A stretch of 64,000 nucleotides of DNA from an uncultured bacterium (GTDB taxonomy: Bacteria > Fidelibacterota > UBA2242), in the NCBI GenBank assembly GCA_964589175.1, contig CAZPRY010000014.1, forward strand, positions 6,779 through 70,778. Direction: 5' to 3'. The notes under the pieces are model-generated. The model was not told the origin of the DNA, did no database searches, and saw nothing but the letters and a program-made list of their open reading frames with translations. Positions 29,480-40,487 of this stretch are shown here, one piece after another (position 1 is the first letter of the stretch; each line of letters opens with the position of its first letter). Both the position numbers and the translations under genes were made by a program.

Positions 29480-32400
29480 TTAGATTTCGAGCATCAGACC
29501 CAAACGGATCTGACGGGGAACACCGTAGTTGTTGTAATCCCATTCCCGCATCTTATAGAGGGATTTGCCGGTATCATCCAGGCTGTTCCAGTAAGTTTTT
29601 CCCGGCGCAGTTCCGAGATAACCGGTATCATTGGGTAATCCTGTTGTGATATAGACATCCTTAACATTGGCGGTATTCAGGAGATTGATCACCCACGCAT
29701 AGGCCGTGAGTTTTGCCTTGCCAATATAGAAGCCTTTATCGATTTTCAGATCGATTCTGAAGACCCAAGGACTAACTTCCGAATTAACGGCTGATAGCGG
29801 TTGTTCGGAAAGGGCATCGTTATCATAACGACCGTTGAACGGGAAGTTATTCACGATCTTGGCTCGGGTAAACGGGTTGCCGGAATTGAAGGCAAACTGC
29901 ATGTTAGCCCCGAAGTTTTTCAGAGCAGCCGGAACGGAGGCTTCCTGGCCCAGACGGTAATCCAGGTTCAATGTGCCGGTATGTCTCTGCTCGAAGGCCA
30001 GCGGCTGGGCATATTTCGGGAAATGTCCTCTTGCACCGCCCTGCCAGGCAATATCAAAGTTACCACCCGAAGCAGAACCGGTGCCATTGGCGAACTGCAT
30101 TTCGTAGTTCATCGTCGCGGACAGATTCTTCCAACGTCTGAGCGTAAAGATCACATCCAGACCTTTGATCGTACCGTAATCACCGTTCTGATAGAAAGCG
30201 ATGTTGGTGACATCGGTCGTTTCATTGATCAACTGGACCAGGTCTTCGGTCTCTTTGTAGAAGGCTGTCAACTGCAATGCGGCCATTTCGCCCAATCTCT
30301 GCTTGAAACCAATTTCATAGGAAATGGTTTTCGGCGGTCTGAGATTCGGGTTGTCCAGGGATGTAAAATAGCCGCCGGATTTTACGTATCTATCCAGGTA
30401 GAACGGGCTTGAGTAAAGGTCCGTAAGCCGCGGAGCCTGGTAGAAGATACCGTACTGGGCGTGAAAAACGGTCATATCGGTGACCGGGAAACTCATGCCC
30501 AGGCGGGGGCTGATGTAGTAATACGTTTCGGAATCAACGACATCTTCTCGCGTAAAAGCTTCGTCGCCGCCGAACATACCGGTCCCGGCCACATAGGTGC
30601 CGTTGCCATTGTAATTGACCTTACCATCCGCATCAATATACTGGGCCGCGATCTCCTTGAACATCCAACCATTCGGATTGATATGGTCATAACGCAGACC
30701 GAGATTCAGGATCAGGTCTCTGAACTCGACTTTATCCTGCAGGTAACCGCTCATGATAATCGGGTTGTAGGGAGCCTGTTTTTTCCAGGCGTCGTTGGTC
30801 GGACTCAGGTTGGCATCGAACTCAGTGTCGAAATAATCACCGTCATCGACTTCGTTACCGTCGACATCATACCCGTAGAAACGGATATCCGCGGCGCGGT
30901 ACTTTTCGATCTCGGTCGAATAATCGGGATCGGCCAATTTGGTCGGAGTATAAATTCGGATGGACCGGAGCGTATGATATTTATACTCAAAACCGGCCTT
31001 GAATGTGTGATATTTACCCTGCTGATGGGTAAGGTCAAAATCGATTCCCCAATACGTGGTGCGTTGCTTATAGTAAGAATCGTACTGGCTGTAGGGCTGG
31101 AAGAAATCCGGTCCCAAACGCCCCGTATAAGCTTCGCCGTAGTACTGAGCTTCATCCGGCCACGGATTGTAGGTCGGATCGCCGTATTTCTCAAGATCAT
31201 CCTTGAAGGTCGGATCGTAGCACTTTACTTCCGTATCGAAGTGCATAAACTTCAGATCGTAGAAAGTGTGCCCCGACAGGGTGTGGGTCAAGGTCGTATT
31301 GATCGACTGGGTGTCGGTGAAATACAGCGGCCGATGCTCCGTATCAAAGAAGCGAATCGGCTGAATTGCCGCAGCCGTACCCAAAAAGTCCGCACTGAAC
31401 TGCCGGTTGGTCTGCGAGATACTGCTCTTCAGTTCCATCTTCTTGCCCAGCTGCAATTTGATCTTTCCGGTGTAGGACCAATCCGAGCTGGCGTTTTTCG
31501 GCAGGCGGGCATTGAACTTGTAGTTCTTGATCGAGGTCGTATCGGAAGTAACATCCTCCACCGTTGTGCCGTCTGCGGCAAAGGTGGTGTCATAAGCTAC
31601 CTGATACTCATCGAACAGACTCGGATCATAAGAGTTGTGCGTGTACGTATAATCATCGAGACGCCACGGATTATAAGCCCAGCCGTAGGACGGGGTAATA
31701 TCCGCACGGTACGTACGAACACCACTGAAGAAGAAAGTGTGCTTCTTCTTCGGGATAATCGGACCGCTCAGTGTCATCGTATACTCGTTAAAGCCGTACG
31801 AATACGCGCCTAACGCTTCTTTGTCGGCACTGAGAAATTCATCGGTCACCGCTTCCACGGAAGCAGAATAGCGATCAGTACCGGCGTTGGTTGTAATGGC
31901 GATAATACCGGACATTGCCTCACCGTATTCCGCATTAAAACCACCCGTCTGAACACTCATTTCTTCGATCGCGCTGGCCGGCAGATGAATCCTGACCGCG
32001 TAATTGTAGGGGTCATTTACAAAGACACCATCAATATACACGGCGGTTTCGGACGAACGACCGCCACGGACATTCATCGCGCCGCTGTTTTCTTCTTTTA
32101 CAACACCGGCGACCGTACCGACGATATCCTGAATCGACCGGATCGGAAGGTGTTGAATTTCCTCGGCGGACTTGATGATGTTCGTATTGGTTTCATCCTT
32201 ACGAATCATCGGCCTTTGCGCAGTAACCATAACTTCTTCGAATTCCAGAGCCGTTACTTCCAGCTCGAAATTCATCTCAGTTGTCAGGTCCAGCGATACT
32301 CTAACGCCTTGAACTACTACATCCTTGTAACCGATGTAGGATGCACGAACCGTGTATCCGCCAACGGGCACATTGAGGATTGAATAGTAGCCTTCCGCGT

Positions 32401-32572
32401 CAGAAGCAGCTCCCAAAAACAGGGATTCATCATCGATGATGATATTTACACCTGTTAATGGCTCGCCAGTAGCCTTGTCAACAACTGTTCCTGCGATCTT
32501 ACCGACCGTTGCTGCGAACATAGCAAATGGTAGCAAAATCACTAAAAAGCAAATCGAGACACGACGTACCAT
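29480..32572 (-). CDS. TonB-dependent receptor with CarbopepD_reg-like N-domain, paralog of 18287..21535.
   Basis: TonB-box EEVMVTA. Plug TGGFNAEYGEAMSGIIAITT. 1030 aa. Confidence 0.8.
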   Translation of the reverse strand: MVRRVSICFLVILLPFAMFAATVGKIAGTVVDKATGEPLTGVNIIIDDESLFLGAASDAEGYYSILNVPVGGYTVRASYIGYKDVVVQGVRVSLDLTTEMNFELEVTALEFEEVMVTAQRPMIRKDETNTNIIKSAEEIQHLPIRSIQDIVGTVAGVVKEENSGAMNVRGGRSSETAVYIDGVFVNDPYNYAVRIHLPASAIEEMSVQTGGFNAEYGEAMSGIIAITTNAGTDRYSASVEAVTDEFLSADKEALGAYSYGFNEYTMTLSGPIIPKKKHTFFFSGVRTYRADITPSYGWAYNPWRLDDYTYTHNSYDPSLFDEYQVAYDTTFAADGTTVEDVTSDTTSIKNYKFNARLPKNASSDWSYTGKIKLQLGKKMELKSSISQTNRQFSADFLGTAAAIQPIRFFDTEHRPLYFTDTQSINTTLTHTLSGHTFYDLKFMHFDTEVKCYDPTFKDDLEKYGDPTYNPWPDEAQYYGEAYTGRLGPDFFQPYSQYDSYYKQRTTYWGIDFDLTHQQGKYHTFKAGFEYKYHTLRSIRIYTPTKLADPDYSTEIEKYRAADIRFYGYDVDGNEVDDGDYFDTEFDANLSPTNDAWKKQAPYNPIIMSGYLQDKVEFRDLILNLGLRYDHINPNGWMFKEIAAQYIDADGKVNYNGNGTYVAGTGMFGGDEAFTREDVVDSETYYYISPRLGMSFPVTDMTVFHAQYGIFYQAPRLTDLYSSPFYLDRYVKSGGYFTSLDNPNLRPPKTISYEIGFKQRLGEMAALQLTAFYKETEDLVQLINETTDVTNIAFYQNGDYGTIKGLDVIFTLRRWKNLSATMNYEMQFANGTGSASGGNFDIAWQGGARGHFPKYAQPLAFEQRHTGTLNLDYRLGQEASVPAALKNFGANMQFAFNSGNPFTRAKIVNNFPFNGRYDNDALSEQPLSAVNSEVSPWVFRIDLKIDKGFYIGKAKLTAYAWVINLLNTANVKDVYITTGLPNDTGYLGTAPGKTYWNSLDDTGKSLYKMREWDYNNYGVPRQIRLGLMLEI

Positions 32573-32677
32573 ACCATTCCTCCTTATAATGTTAGAATAT
32601 TTATTTAAACTTCCTCACCAATGGGAATGTAAGTATTTTGATTTAGCTTTGTCAAGTTTTTTTTATAACGGGGAACT

Positions 32678-33283
32678 TTATTTTTTTAAGCGCTTTTCCA
32701 GCACCTCATCGATTAGGCCGTATTCCCTCGATGTATGGGCTGACATAAAGTAATTTCGATCGGTATCCCTGGTGACCTTTTCGAGCTCCTGGGAAGTTAA
32801 TTCCGCCAAAATCTGATTTAATTTAAGTTTCAAATTGACGATTTCTTTGGCATGAATCTCAATATCGCTGGCCTGCCCTTCAATTCCGCCCAGCGGTTGA
32901 TGGATCATGATACGCGAATTGGGAAGCGCGGAACGCTTGCCCTTGCTCCCCGCGGCCAATAAGATCGCCGCCATGCTGGCCGCCTGGCCGACACAGATGG
33001 TCGCCACATCGGGTTCAATGAAGCGCATCGTATCGAAGATGGCCAGCCCGGATGTCACAACGCCACCCGGGGAATTGATATAGAGCGAGATATCTTTCTT
33101 CGGCTCCTCCGCCGCCAGAAAAATCATCTGGGCGATCACCACACTGGCCACATGATCATCAATCGGTTCGCCGAGAAAAATGATGCGCTCTTTCAGGAGC
33201 CGCGAATAAATATCATAGGCTCTCTCGTAATTTCCGCTACGCTCGACTACCATGGGAACGTACATCTGATTTTTTGATCTCAT
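32678..33283 (-). CDS. clpP: ATP-dependent Clp protease proteolytic subunit.
   Basis: Full-length similarity, e.g. …[19 protein letters not shown]…MIHQPLGG…. Confidence 0.95.
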   Translation of the reverse strand: MRSKNQMYVPMVVERSGNYERAYDIYSRLLKERIIFLGEPIDDHVASVVIAQMIFLAAEEPKKDISLYINSPGGVVTSGLAIFDTMRFIEPDVATICVGQAASMAAILLAAGSKGKRSALPNSRIMIHQPLGGIEGQASDIEIHAKEIVNLKLKLNQILAELTSQELEKVTRDTDRNYFMSAHTSREYGLIDEVLEKRLKK

Positions 33284-34563
33284 TGCTGTTCCTTCTTGCG
33301 CATTTCACTCGTTTTTTGGTTTTTTTTCTTGGTCTTGGCGAATCCCAGCAGAAGTTCATGAACCTTCTGTTCATAGATGTCGTTTTCCAGACGGTTGCGA
33401 TTCTCCCGTTTGTGATAAAATTTAACGACCTGGGCGCGCTCCTGCTCACCGTACTTCCCGGCAATCTCCTCGATCTTCTTCTCCAGGTCTTCGGCGGGGA
33501 CTTCGATCTTCTCCGTTTCAATCAGGGCCCGTTGAATCAGGTACCAGCGAATTTCACGGGTCGCCAGCGGTGTGTACATCTCTCTCAGCCGAGCCTCATC
33601 CACGTCTTTGTCCTCATTGCGTTTCCTGGTATCCTCGATGATACCATCCAGAAAGGACCGAATCCGGGAAGGCGCCACTTCAAAGCTGGTGTTATTCGTA
33701 AAATACTCCCGGATGCTGCGCTGCAATTCCGTATCCGCCCGGCGATCCCATTCGGATTGCAGGGATTTTTCCACCTGCTCTCTGAGTTCAGTATAGCTCT
33801 GCACGTCGTTGAAATTACCTTTGATGTAGTCATCGGTAAATTCCGGCTGCGTGTGGGATTCGACGCGTTTTACCTTGATTTCATAAAATACATCATCCCC
33901 TTTTTCCGGTGTGACCGAAATCCGAATCTGATCGCCCGCTTTGGCCCCGATCAGTTGAGCGGCTCCCGGTTTTCCGAAAATACCCTCGCCGATTTTGATC
34001 ATGCGGTCCTGAATCCGTTTACCGACGATCGGCACTCCGTTCGCATCACACTCCTGGATATCGCCGGCGATAAAATGGCCGTCCTGGGCGCCGTCGGTCA
34101 CCTCACCTACAATCGCATGCTGTTCCTTCAAATCCTCCAGATAGAGGTCGACATCTTCCGGATCGACGACATAGACGTTCCGGTCGACGGTAAAACCCTT
34201 CTTGTAATCGGGCAGTTCGACTTCGGGATCGACCTCAACGGTGATCGAATAGAGGAACTCGCCGCCTTCTTTGAAATCCACTTTCGAGATCTGAAAATCC
34301 ACCGTAGCCGCCAACTTGCTTTCCTTGATGGCGTCCTGGTAATTATGTTCGATGACCTCATTCGTGAATTCGTATTTAATCTGGGGATCGAGCAGGCGTC
34401 GGGCCAGCGCTTCCGGCACTTTGCCCGGCCGGAAACCGTCTAGTTTCAGGTTCTTGCGCAACTTCTGAAATACGCGCATATATTCTTCAGCCACCTCTTT
34501 CCAGGCGAGCGTTACGTCAATTGTCTTCTCGACAGGGCTATTGCTGTTTACATTAATTTTCAT
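33280..34563 (-). CDS. tig: Trigger factor.
   Basis: N-terminal ribosome-binding region (GFRPGKVP) and PPIase/C-domain architecture. The classic tig-clpP synteny. Confidence 0.9.
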   Translation of the reverse strand: MKINVNSNSPVEKTIDVTLAWKEVAEEYMRVFQKLRKNLKLDGFRPGKVPEALARRLLDPQIKYEFTNEVIEHNYQDAIKESKLAATVDFQISKVDFKEGGEFLYSITVEVDPEVELPDYKKGFTVDRNVYVVDPEDVDLYLEDLKEQHAIVGEVTDGAQDGHFIAGDIQECDANGVPIVGKRIQDRMIKIGEGIFGKPGAAQLIGAKAGDQIRISVTPEKGDDVFYEIKVKRVESHTQPEFTDDYIKGNFNDVQSYTELREQVEKSLQSEWDRRADTELQRSIREYFTNNTSFEVAPSRIRSFLDGIIEDTRKRNEDKDVDEARLREMYTPLATREIRWYLIQRALIETEKIEVPAEDLEKKIEEIAGKYGEQERAQVVKFYHKRENRNRLENDIYEQKVHELLLGFAKTKKKNQKTSEMRKKEQQ

Positions 34564-34595
34564 GTTCCATTCCCTCTGATTTACACTTTCTGCTG

Positions 34596-34678
34596 TGCCG
34601 CGGGCGAGAGTCGAACTCGCACTCTAAATTAGAACTGGATCCTAAGTCCAGCGCGTCTGCCAGTTCCGCCACCGCGGC
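34596..34678 (-). tRNA. tRNA-Leu, anticodon UAG, class II long variable arm.
   Basis: Minus-strand GCCGCGG acceptor. Anticodon loop C-T-TAG-G-A. T-arm GAGTTCGACTCTC. 7-bp acceptor pairing CCGCGGC plus discriminator A. Confidence 0.85.
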
Positions 34679-34758
34679 TCAAATAACCATAAAATTTAAC
34701 CGCTGCGGGACAGTTTTCAAAGGGATTAGCTCCCGCTTGAGGATCGCAAGACGGAGGC

Positions 34759-36726
34759 CTACTGAACCAGGAGCATTTTATGAATGGATTGGAACGAAGG
34801 GGTAGTCAGGCGGTAGAAATATATCCCGGAATTCACTCTGCGACCGTCCGCCGACCGGCCGTCCCATGACACGGAATGCAGGCCTGGGTTCCGCCGGGCA
34901 TCGATCAGCGTCAGGACTTTCTCCCCCACCAGGTTGAAAATCGTGATCTCCACCGGCGCGGCAACCGGCAGCTGGAAACGGATCACCGTCGAGGCATTAA
35001 ACGGATTGGGATAATTCCGGTAGAGATAAAATCGATCGGGTAAAATATCATCGGCTTCAACGCCGGTTTGCACATCGAAACTGAGGTGAAAGCTGTCTGC
35101 GGAGGCCGCACTGAAAAGAATTTTATCGGCTTCCACAAACCAATTCACATCCAATAAACCGGGATATTCCGCGCCCATTTCCCGTAAAAGGCTCAGCAAA
35201 GTCGAATACGGGATCGTGAGAGTAGTGTCCGCCCCGTCCCGATCGGACGGAACCGGCGGCGAGATTTGCCCGGTTCCCGGAATCCCGAACCGGACGGAAT
35301 AACGTGTGTACCCCGTTTGCGATGAACCGGCCGTCTGCCACCGGAATACGAGGCCTTCGTCGCCGAGCCAATCAAAATTGAGAGCTATCTGGCGACCGTC
35401 GGAAGGTTCCAGAAGACTGAATGACCGGGGACTTTCCACCAGGGTCAAGCGTCCGCCTGCCACCGCGGCCCGCAGCTTTTCGTTATCCGAATTCCGAAAA
35501 ATATAATCAGCGACACCGATCCCATAGTCACCCTCAGCAATACCGGGTTTGGGTGTTCCGGTAATGTGAATGGTCGTTTCACTCCCGGCAGGAATCTCCT
35601 GACCGTTCGGATGAGATCCGATCAGTTGGTACTCATTCGCGGCGTTGGCGGTTAAAAACAATTGCCAGCCGGCGAGTGCGCTGCTCACGTCAGTCAGGTT
35701 CAGGACGGCACCGGAGTCGACCACGGTCAACTGGAAAAATTTGAGTGCCTCGCTGTTGGTGATATCGACGTTGATCTCAACGGGCATTTCGGTCCCGAGT
35801 GTATCATCGCGCAAATGCACAAAAACCGGCGGTTCTGTGATGCGGAACTGTCCGGCGTCTGCGACTGTCTCGAGGGTCAACGCTAGAGAATCACTGATGA
35901 TAACATTTCGCAAATCCAACGTTATATTGCCGTAGGCCGCATCCTCATCAACCGCGTAGATGACTCTGGCGATCTCCTGCGCTCCGGCAGGGATCAGCCC
36001 GTTTCCCTGGTTCACTCCCAGAACGGTGTAAGTACCGTCCGTTTGTTCGGCGCCGGAGACCAGCCAGGGATTCTGCGGGTCCGTTTGCAGATCCCTGCCA
36101 TCCAGAACAGCCACGCCGGACAGAAAATCCGGAATATCGCGGATGTCGAACTGGAAGGCTTTGATCGCCGCCGTATGCGTCAGACGCACCGAGATCGTAT
36201 CCATCGCTCCCGGACCGGCCTCGCCGTCACTCAGCGCGAGAATCGTCTGTTCCATGATGGTTATACTTCCCGACCGCGCGATCAGCGGCAATGCCTCCCC
36301 GGAGGGATCGGACAGAAAGGCATTCGCAAAATCCAGGGTAGTAATGCTTTCCTTATATATAGAAGCTGTAAGGCGCAGATGGATAAGTGGGCTGTTTGTA
36401 ACCGTAGCCCCCTGCATCCCGGAATAGTAAGCCAGAATGCGTAAGCCATCGCCCTGCACTTCCCTGCTGGCAAGCTTCCATGACGCCAGATCGTCCGGAA
36501 GTTTTACCTCAACTGCTTGAAATTTATCGGAATTGTCCAGGATATCGAACTGAAATCCGCCGATCGGTTGCTGGCAGTGATCCAGCCGGATCTCGAGATG
36601 GGCCGTGTCGCCCGGCAGGATTTCACAGGGATCAAATGTCAGAACCGTTTGCTCCTGGGCCAGTAGAATAGACAGCCCGGTAATCAACACCAGGGAGAAC
36701 ATTGTCCTGCTTACCATCTTCATCAT
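34759..36726 (-). CDS. Secreted T9SS cargo protein of unknown function (type-A CTD).
   Basis: Signal peptide. C-terminal NYPNPFNAST…ITIFNLVGEKV…GIYFYRL…KMLLVQ. Confidence 0.7.
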   Translation of the reverse strand: MMKMVSRTMFSLVLITGLSILLAQEQTVLTFDPCEILPGDTAHLEIRLDHCQQPIGGFQFDILDNSDKFQAVEVKLPDDLASWKLASREVQGDGLRILAYYSGMQGATVTNSPLIHLRLTASIYKESITTLDFANAFLSDPSGEALPLIARSGSITIMEQTILALSDGEAGPGAMDTISVRLTHTAAIKAFQFDIRDIPDFLSGVAVLDGRDLQTDPQNPWLVSGAEQTDGTYTVLGVNQGNGLIPAGAQEIARVIYAVDEDAAYGNITLDLRNVIISDSLALTLETVADAGQFRITEPPVFVHLRDDTLGTEMPVEINVDITNSEALKFFQLTVVDSGAVLNLTDVSSALAGWQLFLTANAANEYQLIGSHPNGQEIPAGSETTIHITGTPKPGIAEGDYGIGVADYIFRNSDNEKLRAAVAGGRLTLVESPRSFSLLEPSDGRQIALNFDWLGDEGLVFRWQTAGSSQTGYTRYSVRFGIPGTGQISPPVPSDRDGADTTLTIPYSTLLSLLREMGAEYPGLLDVNWFVEADKILFSAASADSFHLSFDVQTGVEADDILPDRFYLYRNYPNPFNASTVIRFQLPVAAPVEITIFNLVGEKVLTLIDARRNPGLHSVSWDGRSADGRRVNSGIYFYRLTTPSFQSIHKMLLVQ

Positions 36727-36768
36727 AAAATTTATAAAGAAATAAGTCGCCCGTCGCGTGCTGTCGCC

Positions 36769-39700
36769 TTAAGAAGCGTCAGCCCCGTGGCATTTTTTAT
36801 ACTTCTTCCCGCTACCGCAGGGACAGGGATCGTTGCGTCCGATTTTATCTGCGACTTCTATCGGTTTGATTTTCTGCGGCCGGCCGTCATAACCGCGTTC
36901 CGGCGCAGCACTTGCCGCTTCCCGGGCGGCATGCGCCAGCCCCATTCCGAGACTGTCCTTATGCTCGACTTTGAATGGTTCGGGCCTTCTGCGCGGCGCC
37001 ATCTGGGCTACCGGCGCATTGAGCTGCGCCCGGAAACAGAGTTTCAGGGTATCCTTGTTCACATCGTCCAGTATTTTGACGAAAGCATCAAAGGCTTCAC
37101 CCTTGTATTCGAGCAACGGATCTTTCTGCCCGTAAGCGCGCCAGTTGATGCCCTCTTTAAGCTGGTCCATGGCATAGAGATGATCCCGCCACTTCTCATC
37201 GATGGTCCGCAAGCTCACAAATCTTTCCAGAAATTCCATCTGTTCGCGTCCCAGATATTGCTCTCTGCGCATATAGTAGTCCGTGGCCCTCTTCACCAGG
37301 CCTGCCTTTATTCCGGCTTCGGAGGCGTCGCTCAGGCTGTTCAGGCTGATATCGATTCCCAATGTGGAAGTCAGTTCCTCACGCAGGCTGCCCCAATCCC
37401 AGTCTTCCGGCATCGATCTTGAATCGGTATAGCGGTCCACCAGGCTGTCGACCCAATCTTCCAGAATATCCATAATTTCCTGGCGCAGATTCTCGCCGTT
37501 GAGGGCGTAGTTACGGCGATCGTAGATGATGACGCGCTGTTGGTTCATCACATCGTCGTATTCCAGGAGGTGCTTGCGGATACTGAAGTTGCGGCCTTCA
37601 ACTTTCTTCTGGGCTCTCTCGATCGAACGGGTGACCATTGAGTGCTGGATTACCTGCCCCTCCTCAATGCCCATGCGGTCCATAATGGAGACAATCCGCT
37701 CGCTGTTGAACAGGCGCATAAGATCGTCTTCCAGAGAGAGGAAAAAGCGTGAGGCGCCCGGGTCGCCCTGGCGACCGCTGCGGCCGCGCAGCTGCAAGTC
37801 GATACGCCGCGACTCGTGTCGTTCGGTACCGATGATGTAAAGACCGCCCTTCTCCGTGACTCCCTGTCCCAACTTGATATCGGTTCCGCGGCCGGCCATG
37901 TTGGTCGCAATTGTCACCGCGCCGGGTTCGCCGGCCCGGGCGACGATTTCGGCTTCCCGCTGATGATGCTTGGCATTCAGAACGTTGTGAGGTATGCCGC
38001 GGCGCTTGAGCATACGGCTGATCGTCTCGGAGACCTCGACGCTTACCGTTCCAACCAGCATCGGCTGCCCTTTATGGAAAGCACTTTCAATCTCATCCAG
38101 GATGGCGTTGTATTTTTCGCGCTTGGTTTTGTAGACCTGGTCTTCATAATCTTTACGAACGCAGGGCATGTTCGTCGGAATTGCTACCACACCCAGTTTA
38201 TAAATATCTTCAAATTCCCCCGCTTCCGTCAAAGCCGTACCGGTCATACCGGCCAGTTTGGCGTACATTCGGAAATAGTTCTGAATCGTCACCGTCGCGA
38301 AGGTCTGCGTCTCGGCCTCCACTTTCACCTTTTCTTTGGCTTCGATGGCCTGGTGCAAGCCGTCGCTGTAGCGTCGGCCCGGCAGAATTCGGCCGGTGAA
38401 TTCATCGACGATCAGGACCTTGCCGTCCTGAACGACATATTCCACATCTTTTTCATAAAGCATCTGGGCCCGCAGAAGCTGGGAAATATTGTGATAGCGG
38501 TCGGAGATTTCGGCATGCTTCGTATCCAGATCCATCTTCATTTTTTCTTTTTCAGCCTCGGAAAGGTCTTTACGTTCATCAATTTTGACCATCTCTTCGG
38601 CAAGATCGGGAACGACCAATTCCTCCACCGGGATCCCCAGCATTTTGGCCAGTTTTTCTTCCCCGTTGGGCGTCAGGGTGATATTGTGCTGCTTCTCTTC
38701 AATCCAGAAATAGAGATCCTTAAAGTAGGCGTCTTGGCTAATCGAGCCGCCGCTTTTGGAACCCGTCAGCAGCAGAAAATCGCGCTCCCCTTTCTGGAGC
38801 AACTTTTGATAGCCCTGTTCTTCCAGTAGTTTGCGCAGACGCCGGTTTTTGGGCGCGCCCTGGGCTGCCACGTAAAACCTGCGCGCCGATTCTTCACTCT
38901 CGATATATTCTTCGAAATTATTCGGAAACTCATTCAAATCGGTCGTGATTTTTTCTTTCTGATAGCGAACCAGGTTCGAGATGGCCGGATTCAGCGTATC
39001 GTACTTTTCATGACGCGAACTGGAGACCGGCCCGGAGATGATCAACGGCGTGCGGGCCTCATCAATCAGGATGTTATCGACTTCGTCCACGATACAGAAA
39101 TAATGCCCGCGCTGTACCTGGTCGTCCGCGGAAACGGCCATGTTGTCCCGCAGGTAATCGAAGCCGAATTCGTTATTGGTACCGTAGGTGATATCGCAAT
39201 TGTAGATGGCGCGGCGTTGTTCGGAATCCATCTGGTTCAGGATACACCCGATCGTCAGTCCCAGCTCCTGGAAAATCCGTCCCATCCACTCGCTGTCGCG
39301 TAAAGCCAGGTAGTCATTCACGGTGATGAGATGCACGCCGCGTCCGCTGAGGGCATTCAGATAGACCGGCATCGTGGCCACCAGCGTCTTGCCCTCACCG
39401 GTTTTCATTTCGGCAATTTTGCCTTTATGCAGGACGACCGCACCGATTAACTGCACATCGTAGGGAATCATTTCCCATTTGATTTTATTGCCGCCCGCCA
39501 TCCATTCCTGGCCTACCAAACGCCGGCAGACTTCCTTGACCATCGCAAAGGCTTCCGGCATGATCTCATCGAGAGCTTCCTGTTCGGCCTTAACCACAAA
39601 CTTGTACTTATCGTCACGCGTCAGGTTGGCGTCGGCGATCTCGGCTTCCGCTTCTTCGCGCACCTGCCGAATGCTTTCCTTGAATTCTTCGGTTCGCTTG

Positions 39701-39834
39701 CGCAAATCCTCGATGGGTTTGTCCGACAGAGTGGCGTAGATCCCGTTGATCTCCTCGACCAGCGGCAACAGTTTCTTGATTTCCCGGTCCGAATCGGTCC
39801 CAAATATGGCTGCGAGTATTGAAGCTAATCCCAT
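36769..39834 (-). CDS. secA: Preprotein translocase ATPase SecA.
   Basis: 1021 aa. DEAD-like motor motifs. C-terminal zinc finger CPCGSGKKYKKCHG. Confidence 0.95.
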   Translation of the reverse strand: MGLASILAAIFGTDSDREIKKLLPLVEEINGIYATLSDKPIEDLRKRTEEFKESIRQVREEAEAEIADANLTRDDKYKFVVKAEQEALDEIMPEAFAMVKEVCRRLVGQEWMAGGNKIKWEMIPYDVQLIGAVVLHKGKIAEMKTGEGKTLVATMPVYLNALSGRGVHLITVNDYLALRDSEWMGRIFQELGLTIGCILNQMDSEQRRAIYNCDITYGTNNEFGFDYLRDNMAVSADDQVQRGHYFCIVDEVDNILIDEARTPLIISGPVSSSRHEKYDTLNPAISNLVRYQKEKITTDLNEFPNNFEEYIESEESARRFYVAAQGAPKNRRLRKLLEEQGYQKLLQKGERDFLLLTGSKSGGSISQDAYFKDLYFWIEEKQHNITLTPNGEEKLAKMLGIPVEELVVPDLAEEMVKIDERKDLSEAEKEKMKMDLDTKHAEISDRYHNISQLLRAQMLYEKDVEYVVQDGKVLIVDEFTGRILPGRRYSDGLHQAIEAKEKVKVEAETQTFATVTIQNYFRMYAKLAGMTGTALTEAGEFEDIYKLGVVAIPTNMPCVRKDYEDQVYKTKREKYNAILDEIESAFHKGQPMLVGTVSVEVSETISRMLKRRGIPHNVLNAKHHQREAEIVARAGEPGAVTIATNMAGRGTDIKLGQGVTEKGGLYIIGTERHESRRIDLQLRGRSGRQGDPGASRFFLSLEDDLMRLFNSERIVSIMDRMGIEEGQVIQHSMVTRSIERAQKKVEGRNFSIRKHLLEYDDVMNQQRVIIYDRRNYALNGENLRQEIMDILEDWVDSLVDRYTDSRSMPEDWDWGSLREELTSTLGIDISLNSLSDASEAGIKAGLVKRATDYYMRREQYLGREQMEFLERFVSLRTIDEKWRDHLYAMDQLKEGINWRAYGQKDPLLEYKGEAFDAFVKILDDVNKDTLKLCFRAQLNAPVAQMAPRRRPEPFKVEHKDSLGMGLAHAAREAASAAPERGYDGRPQKIKPIEVADKIGRNDPCPCGSGKKYKKCHGADAS

Positions 39835-39978
39835 TTCTCTTCTACCCTTTTTTGCGAATCCTTAGCAACGTATATAAAATAAACAGAAATCGTCTGGGTT
39901 CCGGATTCATGATCTTTCCGCTTCCTGCCCGGAAGGATAAATCTGAATAAATGAAACCAGATATTCAAGCAAATAAAT

Positions 39979-40404
39979 TTATTTCTTCTCTGGAACTTTG
40001 TCAGCGATCAGATGCAAAACGGCATCCAGAATGCCGTTCACGAAGGCGCTACTGTCGTCAGTGGAATACTTTTTAGCGATTTCGATCGCTTCCGAAATCG
40101 ATACTTTCGGCGGGATGTCTTCGAAATATAAAAACTCGCTGATCGCCATGCGGATGATGAGCCGATCGATGATTGCGATACGCTCAAAATCCCAATTCTC
40201 GGATTTCTCCTTGATATAGTTATCTAGCTCGTCTTTATGTAACGTAGAAATTTGAAATAATGTACGGGCAAACTTTTTTAACTCTTCAGGAATATCTGAA
40301 GGATCTATAACATACGCTTCGACGTGCCGAATCGGATCATCGCTGAGTTCCCTGGCGTACATTGCCTGCAGGGCAAGTTCTCTCGCAGCTCGTCTTTCTC
40401 TCAT
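39979..40404 (-). CDS. nusB: Transcription antitermination factor NusB.
   Basis: AARELALQAMYA… signature. 141 aa. Confidence 0.85.
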   Translation of the reverse strand: MRERRAARELALQAMYARELSDDPIRHVEAYVIDPSDIPEELKKFARTLFQISTLHKDELDNYIKEKSENWDFERIAIIDRLIIRMAISEFLYFEDIPPKVSISEAIEIAKKYSTDDSSAFVNGILDAVLHLIADKVPEKK

Positions 40405-40487
40405 GTTTCAACAAACCTTAATCTAACTGTCAATCTTCAATGCAATTTAATGCATTTTTTTGATCTTTGGGATAAAATATTACGCCT

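Noticed and set aside
7044-32572. Single giant approximately 25-kb operon for the whole cargo array.
   Set aside because: Clear intrinsic terminators at 25145-25174 and 10972-10999 (plus 6995-7021), and a 227-bp AT-rich gap at 21536-21762, split it into several units.
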